From: Pseudomonadota bacterium
GTDB lineage: Bacteria; Bdellovibrionota_B; Oligoflexia; Oligoflexales; CAIYRB01
Reading direction: 5' to 3'
DNA: 36,229 nucleotides
Assembly (NCBI GenBank): GCA_031416315.1
Contig: JANOTL010000163.1
Coordinates: forward strand, 1-36,229
Shown here: positions 7,778-17,026 of the stretch, piece by piece
Position numbering within the stretch: the first letter of the stretch is position 1
Layout: each line of letters begins with the position of its first letter
The notes under the pieces: generated by a model
What the model was told of the DNA's origin: nothing
Database searches by the model: none
The model's input: the letters and a program-made list of their open reading frames with translations, nothing else
Position numbers and translations under genes: made by a program

Positions 7778-9376
7778 TCACTGCAGAGGCCGCACGAAGG
7801 CACTCGGAGGCACGATGGTGTAGTCGGTCGCGTTGCCGCACTTCCAGAAGAGCTCCAGCGCGATCAAGACGCGGGGGCCTTGGTAGTAGTCGACGCGGAA
7901 CGCGTGCTGACCGGCTGTGAGGGTGACGTTTCCGGTCTTCGACTGCGGCGGGTGCGTGCCGTCGTTGTCGACGATCTTCACGCCGTCGATGTAGAGGTTC
8001 GCGCCGTCGTCCGACGTGACCTTGAACGAGCACTGTCCGGCCGCGGGAATGATGATTTGGCCCTTGAAGCGGATGGCGAACCACTCGACGAGGTCTCGGA
8101 CGCCCGGGAAGCCTTTGTCGAAGGCGCGGGTGGGAATGTCGAGGTTCGGGACGACGACCTGGTCGATCGGCGTCATCGCGTCGAGGTTGGGCAGCTTCGA
8201 GGTGTTGACGGCGATCTTGAACACGTTGCCGACGACGCCTTGGATCTCGCCGTCGTCCGGCGCGCAGATGTCCTCGTCCTTGATCAGCGTGACCTCGCAG
8301 AAGGCGGGCAGCTGCTCGAGGCCGACCGGAATCGCCGTGGCCAGGATGCGGGTCCCTTGCGGGACCGAGTCGGGGGCCGTGTAGATCGCCGTGGTCGCGT
8401 TCTTCATCTGAATGGTGCCGAGGGCACCCTTGTAGAGCATGTTGTCGGCCGCCAGGCGAATGTCCAGACCTCTATAGTTGCCGGCGGTCCAAATCAGCTC
8501 GGTCGTCTGCTTCGCTTTCAGGACAACGGGCGCCTTGGTGCAGGCGAACGCCGGGATCGGGGTCGGCGCCGGCGGCGTGACGACGGGCGGCTGCGGCGCG
8601 GGCGGCGGATCTTGCGGCGCGCACTGCGTGGCGTGGGCGACGACGTTGCGATCGCAGGGCACGGGGTTCGGCTCTGCGCCCGGACGCAGGTACTGCACGA
8701 TCAGCTGGCCTTTGTAGGCGTCGGCCGGCGCGTTGCTGAAGTCGAGGCGAAAGCAGAGCGTGCCGTCGAACTTCTTGATGGTATTGCCCGCGAACTCTTG
8801 CAACGTCATCGAGCTATCGAGCTCCGGCACGTTCTTCCAGCCGCCCATGTCGACGCTGAAGGGCAGTTTCACGTCGGGGTAGGCGACGCCCTTGATGCCA
8901 GTGCCGGCCATGCGCAGCCAGGTCTTCTCGCGGTAGTAGACGTTGTCCTTGAGCTCGACGAAGAGGCAGCCCACGTCGTACTCGCGGTTCTCGGCGTTCA
9001 TCGGGACGGTGAGGTCACCTTTGACGCGGAGGTACTTCAGCGGCGCGACGGAGCCTTGCACGTCCTCGCGCTCTTCCATGTCGACGATCCACTTGATCTC
9101 GTTCTTCGCCGGGTCGGCGAGCGAGAGGCCGTCGTCGCCGAAGTCGATCACGAGGGTCGAGACGACCTGATCGGTGTCGGCCTCAGCGAGGCGCGGCGAC
9201 TCGATGCTGTCGGCGGACTTGCGGTCGGCCGCGGTCGCATCGGCGCCGTTTTTCAACGAGCGGCTGTTGGAGCGTTGATTGATCTCTTCGGTGCCGCAAG
9301 CGGTCGTGATCGCGATGGAGAGGCTGAAGAGCGACAAGCTCTTCATCCCCCGCGCGATGCGGAGTGCGTGAAACAT
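7778..9376 (-). CDS. Lipoprotein with C-terminal PA14 (carbohydrate-binding) domain
   Basis: Start 9376 follows RBS GAGGGGG. Lipobox-like ITTAC, Pro-rich linker, and PA14 signature WFAIRFKGQI...TSDDGANLYIDG..IVDNDGTH...G.VTLTAGQH.FRVDYYQG. Confidence 0.87.
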   Translation of the reverse strand: MFHALRIARGMKSLSLFSLSIAITTACGTEEINQRSNSRSLKNGADATAADRKSADSIESPRLAEADTDQVVSTLVIDFGDDGLSLADPAKNEIKWIVDMEEREDVQGSVAPLKYLRVKGDLTVPMNAENREYDVGCLFVELKDNVYYREKTWLRMAGTGIKGVAYPDVKLPFSVDMGGWKNVPELDSSMTLQEFAGNTIKKFDGTLCFRLDFSNAPADAYKGQLIVQYLRPGAEPNPVPCDRNVVAHATQCAPQDPPPAPQPPVVTPPAPTPIPAFACTKAPVVLKAKQTTELIWTAGNYRGLDIRLAADNMLYKGALGTIQMKNATTAIYTAPDSVPQGTRILATAIPVGLEQLPAFCEVTLIKDEDICAPDDGEIQGVVGNVFKIAVNTSKLPNLDAMTPIDQVVVPNLDIPTRAFDKGFPGVRDLVEWFAIRFKGQIIIPAAGQCSFKVTSDDGANLYIDGVKIVDNDGTHPPQSKTGNVTLTAGQHAFRVDYYQGPRVLIALELFWKCGNATDYTIVPPSAFVRPLQ

Positions 9377-9682
9377 GGATGATCCCCCTCTAGTTACCGG
9401 TCCAAGTGCACCGGCGAGATACAAAGGCGGCATCCCGATGGGTCGGAATGAGGCCGTCTCGAACGGCCATCGGGATCGAGGCCTTACAACGCGTCATTCC
9501 GCGCTGCCCCGCGAAGCCCCAAGTCGACTCAAACCGGGGCTCCCCGAATTCATTAGATAATTTCCGAATTCCGGCGCCGGGAAGTAGCCCATTTGCTGCG
9601 CATCGTATGTTTCCGACTACAGGGTCCTACGTCTCATGAGGGATGCGCTACGCCATATGACGCCTTATCGCGTTCCCACGCA

Positions 9683-9698
9683 TGGCACGCCGCCTGCA
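9683..9698 (+). promoter_or_regulatory. Sigma54 (-24/-12) promoter candidate for the gene at 9734
   Basis: TGGCACG-CCGC-CTGCA gives the exact GG-N10-GC spacing, 36 bp upstream of the ATG. Confidence 0.7.
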
Positions 9699-9733
9699 AT
9701 GCGTTCTGCGAGCTACCACGGAAGGAGAGCCTC

Positions 9734-10519
9734 ATGTTTCCGACGCGACGGTCCTGGTTCAGGGTCGGTTGTCTCGCATTCTTTCTCTTCATGACCGCCA
9801 ACGCGCTCTACGCCGCGGACTACACGGTCTACCCTGAATACGTCTTCACGCCGAAAGGCTTCGACGACGACGACACCGTCGAGATCGTCGTGGACGGCTG
9901 GAAAAAGTCCTCATGCGACACCGTTCTCCCCCCGAAGGTGTCGATTCATGATCGGCAGCGCACCATCTCGATCGAGCTGCTTGCGCAGTCCGGTGGCGAT
10001 AAGTGCCTGCCGGTCATGACCCGCTTTACTGCAAAGGCGAGCCTGGGCGTGCTCGCGGCGGGCAAATATGAAGTGATCGCCAACAACGGCTGGCTCGTCG
10101 AGTCGCTGCAGGTCGAAGAAGCGTCCAGCGGCGGCCCGACGGACGAGGATCTCGCCAAGATCACCCGCGTCGAGATCGACTATGCCCCGGATCGGGCCAC
10201 GGTCGACGGCCGCTGGACGGCCGTCCTCTTCGGCGAGTATTCGCAAACCTGCGAGCAGCTCGGCCGCGTCGAGACGACGGTGGACGACCGCGGTCGCGTT
10301 ACCTCGATCCTTCCGATCCTCGAGCGCATGCAAACCGTCAACGGCGAGGCGCGCCCTTGTGAGCCGACGCGCGAGGAGTTCATCACTCGCGTGCCGCTCC
10401 GGGACTTCACCGAGGCCGGTCGGTATATGATCCACGTCCGCTCGCAAGGCGGTCAGTTGATCGACAAGGTTTTCAGCGTCGGCGACCTGGATGTCCAAGC
10501 CGATCGCGGTAGCCACTAG
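9734..10519 (+). CDS. Secreted hypothetical protein made of two related two-Cys beta-sandwich-like domains
   Basis: RBS AAGGAG before ATG 9734 and a signal peptide. Both halves read G...C...V...I...C....F.......L..G.Y. Confidence 0.8.
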   Translation: MFPTRRSWFRVGCLAFFLFMTANALYAADYTVYPEYVFTPKGFDDDDTVEIVVDGWKKSSCDTVLPPKVSIHDRQRTISIELLAQSGGDKCLPVMTRFTAKASLGVLAAGKYEVIANNGWLVESLQVEEASSGGPTDEDLAKITRVEIDYAPDRATVDGRWTAVLFGEYSQTCEQLGRVETTVDDRGRVTSILPILERMQTVNGEARPCEPTREEFITRVPLRDFTEAGRYMIHVRSQGGQLIDKVFSVGDLDVQADRGSH

Positions 10520-10523
10520 CGGC

Positions 10524-11123
10524 TCATCGACCCCGCGCCGCCGCACATGCCGCGAGCGCCGGGCCCGAGAGCGGTGATCCCGTTCCGAACGGTTTCCCCT
10601 CGTGCTGGTCAATGATGGCGAGGGAGCTTTTTCCGAGGAATGCGATCGACTTTTGATTGCAGGCTCGGGCGAGCTCCGCGGCGCGCGCCATCTCCGGCAC
10701 GGCGATCGAGATCTCGATGTAACAATTCAACGCACCGCTGCCGGAGCGGCAATCCCCCCGGTCGTGCTCGCAGAAGGTGCCGACGTGGTTCTCGCGATCG
10801 CGCAGAGGCTTTCGGTTCACGAGCATGAAGTGCTCGAGCTCCTGCGGGCTGGGGAAATGGTTGAGCTGCATCTGCTGGCCCGCGTCCTGAAAGACGCTGA
10901 CGACGTAGAGATCGGATTTGGCGCGATCGCCCTTGTCGAGGGACCACGTCGCGCCGCAGGTGTCTTTCGTCAGCTTGGCGATGGCCACGGCGGCCGGCGA
11001 GACCTGATCCGGTAGGCCGCCGACGGAGAGATCGTCGGCCGGCGGTCCCGAGACGCAACGCGGGAGCGCAAGCGCGACGACGAGGCAGAAGGACACGGCG
11101 GCGAGGCGACGACGGAAAGGCAT
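10524..11123 (-). CDS. Exported Cys-containing hypothetical protein (possible lipoprotein)
   Basis: RBS GGGAG, hydrophobic N-terminus ending LPRC, and a globular-looking sequence that fills the gap between neighbours. Confidence 0.7.
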   Translation of the reverse strand: MPFRRRLAAVSFCLVVALALPRCVSGPPADDLSVGGLPDQVSPAAVAIAKLTKDTCGATWSLDKGDRAKSDLYVVSVFQDAGQQMQLNHFPSPQELEHFMLVNRKPLRDRENHVGTFCEHDRGDCRSGSGALNCYIEISIAVPEMARAAELARACNQKSIAFLGKSSLAIIDQHEGKPFGTGSPLSGPALAACAAARGR

Positions 11124-11187
11124 GGAACTCCCGATGACGATTCCCGTGATCTCATGGCTCCCGCCGCCGCGTCAAGGCGCGGGCGCC

Positions 11188-12366
11188 TTAGGACGCCCGA
11201 GGCTCGAGCGGCCAATCGCCGATGCGCGCCGAGAGCTTCCTCTCCTTGCCCGCGCGCAAGATCACGAAGTCGACCGAGCTGCCCGGCTTGGCGAGACCGA
11301 TCGCGGTCGTCACGGCGCTGACGGTGGGCGTCACGCGCCCCGCCACCTGCACGATCACGTCGCCCTTGCTGAAGCCTGCGCTCGCGGCCGGCCCGCCTTG
11401 CCGCACTTCGGCAACCAGCGCGCCGCTCTGCACGTGGTCCCTTTCTTTGTCGTCGGTCGGCGCCAGCGCCAGACCGAGATAGCCGCGCGGCATCGTGCCG
11501 TGCTCGACGAGCTCCTTCGCGACCTGCCGCACGATGTTGGCCGGCACGGCGAAGCCGATCCCCGCGAAGCCGCCCCCGCGCGAGCCGCCGTTCGGCGTGA
11601 AAATAGCCGTGTTGACGCCGATCACCTTGCCTTCGGCGTCGAGCAACGGGCCGCCGCTCATGCCGGGGTTGATCGCGGCGTCGGTCTGGATGAAGTCGCC
11701 GAGCTCGGCGATGTCGAGGGAGCCGCGGCCTTTCGCCGAGACGATGCCCTGCGAGGCGCTCGCCTCGAGCCCGAACGGTGCGCCCAAAGCCAGCGCAAAA
11801 TGTCCCGGCTGCACGGCATCGGAGTCGCCGAGCGTCAGCTCGCCGAGCGAGGCGGCGTCGAACTTGCCTTCGATCTTCACGACGGCGAGGTCGGTGCGGG
11901 CGTCGCGACCGATGACCTTGCCCCGATGCTGCTCGCCGTTCGCCAGCTTCAAGCGGATGACGTCGGCGTCTGCGACCACGTGATTGTTCGTGAGCAAGTA
12001 ACCTTTGTCCCGGTCGAAGATGAACCCGGAGCCCAGCGCTTGCTGCATCTGCGGCTCGCGCGGCCCACCTTGTTGCGGCCCGAAGCGGAACTCGAACGGC
12101 AGGCCGTCCGGCACGCCGCCGAAGCGCGGCTCGCGCGCGGACGGCGTGCGCGTGCGCGTCGAGCCGGACTCGATCGACAGGAAAACCAGCGCATCGCGCG
12201 AGCGCTTCGTCAGCGCGGCCGTACCACGCGAGATCGCTTGCAGCATATCGAGCGCCGCGTCGTCCTCGCTCGAGGCTCGCACGATGCCCGCGTTCTCCGG
12301 AAATTCATAGGCGAGCGCCGTCGTCGCGACGAGCGCCCCGGCGATGAGCGCAGACTTGACCAACAT
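11188..12366 (-). CDS. HtrA/DegP-family trypsin-like serine protease with one PDZ domain
   Basis: Motifs LGSGFI, TNNHVV (His), TDLAVVK (Asp), IQTDAAINPGMSGGPL (Ser), GIGFAVP and PDZ RGYLGL...GPAASAG..KGDVI. RBS GGAGGAGG. Confidence 0.95.
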   Translation of the reverse strand: MLVKSALIAGALVATTALAYEFPENAGIVRASSEDDAALDMLQAISRGTAALTKRSRDALVFLSIESGSTRTRTPSAREPRFGGVPDGLPFEFRFGPQQGGPREPQMQQALGSGFIFDRDKGYLLTNNHVVADADVIRLKLANGEQHRGKVIGRDARTDLAVVKIEGKFDAASLGELTLGDSDAVQPGHFALALGAPFGLEASASQGIVSAKGRGSLDIAELGDFIQTDAAINPGMSGGPLLDAEGKVIGVNTAIFTPNGGSRGGGFAGIGFAVPANIVRQVAKELVEHGTMPRGYLGLALAPTDDKERDHVQSGALVAEVRQGGPAASAGFSKGDVIVQVAGRVTPTVSAVTTAIGLAKPGSSVDFVILRAGKERKLSARIGDWPLEPRAS

Positions 12367-12430
12367 GTGACCTCCTCCAACCGTTTCCGGGACTATGAAG
12401 GAGGCGCTCTGAGCGAATCATGAGCCGACG

Positions 12431-12446
12431 CGGCATCCCCTTTGCA
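12431..12446 (+). promoter_or_regulatory. Sigma54 (-24/-12) promoter candidate for the small ORF at 12490
   Basis: CGGCATC-CCCT-TTGCA gives the exact GG-N10-GC spacing, 44 bp upstream of the ATG. Confidence 0.68.
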
Positions 12447-12489
12447 GCCTACGAAAAATTGACCGAGCCACATTTCGGAGGGACGAGCG

Positions 12490-12699
12490 ATGAACCCGAC
12501 CACCACTACGCCAAGTTTCCCTGGCGGCGCCGATCAAGCCATCGGCGATAGGTCCATTCGCACCGTGAGCGAGGACGACGACGACTTCTACCTCGACGAG
12601 ATCTTCGAGGACGATTACGAGCGCCGTCGCCATAGCGCACATCGCGGTGATTACAGCTACGAGACCGCGGAGTTCCGACACTACGACTTCTGGGATTAG
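12490..12699 (+). CDS. Small acidic hypothetical protein (69 aa)
   Basis: RBS GGAGGG, upstream sigma54-like promoter, C/G-ending codons, and it fills the gap between htrA-like and SPFH genes. Confidence 0.65.
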   Translation: MNPTTTTPSFPGGADQAIGDRSIRTVSEDDDDFYLDEIFEDDYERRRHSAHRGDYSYETAEFRHYDFWD

Positions 12700-12810
12700 A
12701 CGCGTCTCACCCGCTTTCGCCTCCCGGCCCGTTCGGCAATCATTGCCGACCGCGCCGCATTTTCCGCCGCCGCTGCTAAACTCGTCTTACCTAGCTGCGG
12801 AGTGCGAACG

Positions 12811-13908
12811 ATGGAAAAGGACTGGCGCGCGGTCGTCGAGGAAGCGAAGGCGAAGGCCGCGACGAGCGGCAAGCGCGGCGCCCTAAGCATCATCCGGCGG
12901 ATCGCGGGCGGTCCGAAGAAGCTGATCTTCGGCGCGATCCTGCTGATCGTCTTCATCTTCGTTTACACCTCGTCCTCGACCTACGTGCCGCCAAACATGG
13001 TCGGCGTACGCCAGGTCTACTTCGGCTCGAACGCCGGCTTGCAGAAGGACACCTTCGGACCAGGCCTCTATATGGTCATCTCCGGCGTCGAGCGCCTACA
13101 CCTCTTCCCGACGGACCTGCAGATCGTCAACTTCAGCGACTCGCAGAGCGAGACCTCGAAGTCCTTTCGCACCGCGCCCGCGGTGAAGATCCAGACGAGC
13201 GACGGCTACAACGTCGTCCTCGACGTCAGCGTCCTCTACCGCATCTCGGACGCGCACCGGATCATCGTGGACTCCGGGCCGGGCCGCGCGTTCGAGGACC
13301 GGCTCGTCGTCCCGCGCTCGGACCGCATCCTACGCAAGACGCTCGGCGAGTTGAACAGCGAGCAGTTCTACCAGGGCCCGCAAAGGATCGAGAAGGCGCG
13401 TAACGCCGAAGAGATGCTGCGCGCCGAGCTCGCCCCCTTCGGCATCGCGCTCGACGCCGTCCTCGTCCGCCGCTTCACCTACGACGAGCGCTACCAGTCT
13501 TTGATCGAGGGTCGGAAGATCAAGGACCAGACGGTCTTCCTGCGCCAGGCCGAGGCGGCCGTCGCCATCGAGGAAAGAAAGCGCGACACCATCATCGCCG
13601 AGGGCAAGGCGAACCAGGAGGTCGAGCTGGCGCGCGGCGCCTCCGAGATCAAGAAGCTCCAGTCCCAGGCCGATTTGATCCGCCGCAAGAAGGCGGCCGA
13701 GGGGCAGCTTTTGATCGAGCTCGCCGAGGCGAAGGGCACGCAGCTGGAGAACGACGCGCTCCAGGGCGCGGGCAGCGAGAACATGGTCGGCCTGAAGATG
13801 GCCGAGGTGCTGCAGGGAATCGACGGTCTCGTCCTGAACAGCAGCGGCAAGGACGGGCTGAACCCCCTGGATCTCGCCGGACTCCTGCAAAAATTCGAGG
13901 TGAAATGA
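12811..13908 (+). CDS. SPFH (band 7 / HflK-HflC-like) membrane protein
   Basis: One N-terminal TM helix, then YVPPNMVGVRQV...GPGLY, IQTSDGYNVVLDVSVLYRI and an Ala/Glu-rich coiled coil. RBS GGAG before 12811. Confidence 0.9.
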   Translation: MEKDWRAVVEEAKAKAATSGKRGALSIIRRIAGGPKKLIFGAILLIVFIFVYTSSSTYVPPNMVGVRQVYFGSNAGLQKDTFGPGLYMVISGVERLHLFPTDLQIVNFSDSQSETSKSFRTAPAVKIQTSDGYNVVLDVSVLYRISDAHRIIVDSGPGRAFEDRLVVPRSDRILRKTLGELNSEQFYQGPQRIEKARNAEEMLRAELAPFGIALDAVLVRRFTYDERYQSLIEGRKIKDQTVFLRQAEAAVAIEERKRDTIIAEGKANQEVELARGASEIKKLQSQADLIRRKKAAEGQLLIELAEAKGTQLENDALQGAGSENMVGLKMAEVLQGIDGLVLNSSGKDGLNPLDLAGLLQKFEVK

Positions 13909-14918
13909 TGCGCACCCGCCTTCTTGCGCTTTTTCCCGCAGTCCTCGTGCTCGGCGCTTGCGTGCCGTATTCCACCGGCGAGACCGAGATCGGCGTCCTC
14001 GTGTGCACCGTCGGGATCGGCTGTGCCGACGGCAAAGGCGTGCAGAACGACCTGTACCCGCCAGGCTCGACCACCTTCTTCGCCCCGTTCATCAGAGACT
14101 TCTACGTCTTCGACACGAAGGTGCAGAACCTGACCATGAAGCAGGACAAGGGCGGCGAGAGCCACAACGACCTCGAGTTCAAGACGACCGACGGCAACGA
14201 CATCGAGATGGACGTCACCGTCGTCTGGACCATCGAGTCGAAGCTCGCGCCGAAGCTCCTGCAGACGGTCGGCTCGTCGACGCACGAGATCCGCGAGAAG
14301 CTCGTGCGCCCGGTGGCGCGGACGATCGTGCGCGACGTCCTGAACGAGCTCGATTCCGAATCGGTCTACAACGCCGACAAGCGCTTCGAGAAAGCGGAAA
14401 AGGCGCGCGAGGAGCTGACGGCGCGGCTTACGCCCTACGGCGTGCAGATCCAGCAGGTGATCCTGCACGAGCATCGCTTCAATCCCGAGTACGAGAAGGT
14501 GATCCACGACCGGAAGCTCGCAGAGCAGCGTGCGCAGCAGCTGAAATCCGAGGCCGAGGCGGCCGTGCAGGAGGCTCTGCGCAACCTCGAGTCGTCGCGC
14601 GGCAAGGTGGCGTCGGAGATCGCGGCCGCGACCGGGGACCTGGAGAAGCAGAAGCTGGACGCGGAGGCGTCCCTGTATCAGGCGCAGCAAAGCTCCGACG
14701 CCATCGTCGCCGAGCGCGCGGCGAAGGCGCAAGGCATCCAGAAGCGCAACGAGGCGCTCCGCGGCAGCGGCGGCCGCGCCATGGTGAAGCTGAAGATCGC
14801 AGAGGCGCTTGCGGGCAAGCGGATCGTCCTGATCCCCGGGGGTGAGAGCGCCATCGGCATCAACCGGCTCGACCTGAACCGCTTGATCATCGGCAACGAG
14901 GCGACGGCGTCGAAGTAG
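13905..14918 (+). CDS. SPFH domain protein with a lipoprotein-type signal
   Basis: ATGA overlap with the upstream gene, LVLGAC lipobox, FKTTDGNDIEMDVTVVWTI, LTPYGVQIQQV and a C-terminal coiled coil. Confidence 0.9.
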   Translation: MMRTRLLALFPAVLVLGACVPYSTGETEIGVLVCTVGIGCADGKGVQNDLYPPGSTTFFAPFIRDFYVFDTKVQNLTMKQDKGGESHNDLEFKTTDGNDIEMDVTVVWTIESKLAPKLLQTVGSSTHEIREKLVRPVARTIVRDVLNELDSESVYNADKRFEKAEKAREELTARLTPYGVQIQQVILHEHRFNPEYEKVIHDRKLAEQRAQQLKSEAEAAVQEALRNLESSRGKVASEIAAATGDLEKQKLDAEASLYQAQQSSDAIVAERAAKAQGIQKRNEALRGSGGRAMVKLKIAEALAGKRIVLIPGGESAIGINRLDLNRLIIGNEATASK

Positions 14919-14922
14919 CGCC

Positions 14923-15627
14923 GTGGGCCCCGCCGCCCTCCATTCGGTCTTCGACGCCTTGGCCTTCCTCGGCGCGGGCGGCGTCGCCGCGCTCGCGCGT
15001 CGGCATTTCCCCGCGCTGGCCCGGGCCCAGGCCCACGCCCGCGCGAACGGCTACTTCGTGGCCCTCGTCGCGGGCGCGGCGGCCGGCGCCTTCGCCGTCG
15101 GCTCTCTCAACATATCGCTCGCCGCGGGCCGCTTCCACCCCGGCCACAGCCTTGCCGGCGCTCTGGCCGGCGCCATCCTCGCCGTCGAGGTCTACAAGCT
15201 CGCGCGCGGCATCCGCGGCTCGACCGGCGCCGTCTTCGTCCTGCCGCTCGCCGTCGGCATCGCCTTTGGCCGCATGGGTTGCCTCGCCGCCGGCCTGAGC
15301 GACGAGACCTACGGCATTCCCTCCAGGCTCCCTTGGGCCGTGGACCTCGGCGACGGCGTCCCGCGACACCCGGTTCAGCTTTATGAGGCGGCCGCGATGC
15401 TCGCGTTCGCCGCCCTCGCGACGCTCCATCTACGTCGCGGCCGAGACGCCTCGCGCCTGTTCGCCGCCTGCATCGGCTTTTACGCCGCGCAGCGCTTTTT
15501 GTGGGAGTTCCTGAAGCCCTATCCGAAGCTCCTTGGTCCCTTCAATCTCTTCCACTTCGTCATGCTCTTCCTCGGCGCTTATGCCACGGCATGCGCGCTC
15601 CGGCGGGACTCGCGGCTTCCAGCGTAG
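14923..15627 (+). CDS. Prolipoprotein diacylglyceryl transferase (Lgt)-family protein, short form
   Basis: Multi-TM protein with GIAFGRMGC..AG....YG.PS.LPWAV, PRHPVQLYE and Y...RF..EF motifs. Confidence 0.85.
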   Translation: MGPAALHSVFDALAFLGAGGVAALARRHFPALARAQAHARANGYFVALVAGAAAGAFAVGSLNISLAAGRFHPGHSLAGALAGAILAVEVYKLARGIRGSTGAVFVLPLAVGIAFGRMGCLAAGLSDETYGIPSRLPWAVDLGDGVPRHPVQLYEAAAMLAFAALATLHLRRGRDASRLFAACIGFYAAQRFLWEFLKPYPKLLGPFNLFHFVMLFLGAYATACALRRDSRLPA

Positions 15628-16162
15628 CGCGCGCCGCCTCGGCGTCGGGCAGGTCCGAGAGATCGATGCCGCGCTCCGCTGCGACCACGGTCCACGCGGT
15701 CAGCACCTTCTGATGCGCGCCCGTCTCGGTATGCTCCGAGCGCGAGAGCGCCAGAAGTCGCGTCTCCAGCTCTTTGACCGCCGCCTTCGTCTCCGGGACC
15801 GCGCGAGCCTCGCCCTCTTTTCGAAGCGCCTTGAGCAAAGCCTTCGCCTCGGGCGAAAGCCCGGTTCTCTGCCACTCGGCCGCTTCGGTCGCCACCGCGA
15901 GCAATGCCGGGAAAAGGCGGCGGTCGACGAAGCTCAGCTTCCCCGCGACGAGCGGCACGCACAGGACGCCGAGATCCTCGCCTAACTCGCTGCCGACGTT
16001 GAAGATCATTTTGCCGTCGCGATGCCCCCACCACGAGCCCTTGATCGGCTCGCCCGCGATGAGCAGCGTCAGGCTCGGATGTGTCGCGTCAGCCATCAGG
16101 AGGATGCCGCGCTTTTCGATCTCGTCGCGCGCCCGCGCGACCCAGGCCGCTAAGCTGGTCAT
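15560..16162 (-). CDS. Hypothetical cytoplasmic protein (possible winged-helix / AlkZ-related)
   Basis: Globular-looking sequence with GEPIKGSWWGH, LVAGKLSFV and HTETGAH. RBS GGGAG is absent, so the start at 16162 is a best guess. The 3' end overlaps the Lgt-like gene by 68 bp. Confidence 0.65.
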   Translation of the reverse strand: MTSLAAWVARARDEIEKRGILLMADATHPSLTLLIAGEPIKGSWWGHRDGKMIFNVGSELGEDLGVLCVPLVAGKLSFVDRRLFPALLAVATEAAEWQRTGLSPEAKALLKALRKEGEARAVPETKAAVKELETRLLALSRSEHTETGAHQKVLTAWTVVAAERGIDLSDLPDAEAARATLEAASPAGARMPWHKRRGRA

Positions 16163-16252
16163 GCATGCGCCCGCGCGGCTTGGAGGGCGCGAGCCAGCGC
16201 ATCTCTGAGTTCGTCTTTCATGACGGCGAGCGTACCACGCCAAGAGACGTTG

Positions 16253-16903
16253 CTAAACGCCGACCGCGGAGCCGCCGGGGCGCGCGCCGACCCCGAGCCA
16301 TAGGCACTGGAAGGCCTGCTCGACGAGGACCTCGCGCGCCGTCTCCTTCATGCCGCCTGCGCGCAGCAAGCCGTTCATGATCAAAACGGCGAGCCCGTGC
16401 GCCATGGCGAAGGCGCCGGCGGCGACGGCGCGAGTCTCGATGCCTGCCCGCAGGCTGCCGCCTTCGCGGGCGCGCTCGATCACGGCCGCCATGCGGGCGA
16501 AGCTGCCGTCGGTCGCTTTGGCCAACTCCGGATATCGCTCGCGCGCCGCGACCTCGGCGCCGAACATCAGGCGAAAGAGCGGCGTGTTCCGCTTGGCGAA
16601 GCCGATGTACGCGTCGAGGAGCGCGCGTAGGGCCGCGACGGCGTCGCCGGCCGGCGCCGATTTCTCCGCACGCGCGAGCGCGACCTGGAGCCTTTCGAAG
16701 CCGGAGCACGCCACGTCGGCGAGCAGCGCCCCACGGTCCGGATAGTGACGGTAGAGCGCCGCGTGGCTCACGCCGACGCGACGCGCCACCTCGCGCAGGG
16801 TCAGAGCCTCGATTCCGGTCTCGGCGAGCAGGGATTCGGCCATCGCGGAGGCGGCATTCTTCAGGTCGCCGTGATGGTAGGTCTTCGGGGTCTTGGGTTT
16901 CAT
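16253..16903 (-). CDS. TetR/AcrR family transcriptional regulator (WHG-type C-terminal domain)
   Basis: YHHGDLK, LTLREVARRVGVSHAALYRHY, LFRLMF and AMAHGLA. Confidence 0.93.
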   Translation of the reverse strand: MKPKTPKTYHHGDLKNAASAMAESLLAETGIEALTLREVARRVGVSHAALYRHYPDRGALLADVACSGFERLQVALARAEKSAPAGDAVAALRALLDAYIGFAKRNTPLFRLMFGAEVAARERYPELAKATDGSFARMAAVIERAREGGSLRAGIETRAVAAGAFAMAHGLAVLIMNGLLRAGGMKETAREVLVEQAFQCLWLGVGARPGGSAVGV

Positions 16904-16936
16904 CCCGGCAGATTACCTAGTTCTTTCCGAAACGTA

Positions 16937-16986
16937 AATGTTTCCTCTGGCAACTTCAGACCGATCAATGTAACCACTGACAACAT
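16937..16986. promoter_or_regulatory. Two tandem imperfect palindromes, probable TetR operators
   Basis: AATGTTTCCTCTGGCAACTT (16937-16956) and AATGTAACCACTGACAACAT (16967-16986) start exactly 30 bp apart between the divergent tetR and desaturase genes. Confidence 0.7.
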
Positions 16987-17026
16987 CGAGGGCAACCCAA
17001 CCCGGCTCTCGCGGAGCCTTTTCGCC

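Noticed and set aside
7649..9382. 577-aa plus-strand ORF
   Set aside because: It is antisense to the PA14 lipoprotein, which has a domain signature, RBS and terminator.
16745..17026. N-terminal extension of the desaturase ORF
   Set aside because: It overlaps tetR and the operator region. The RBS supports 17027.
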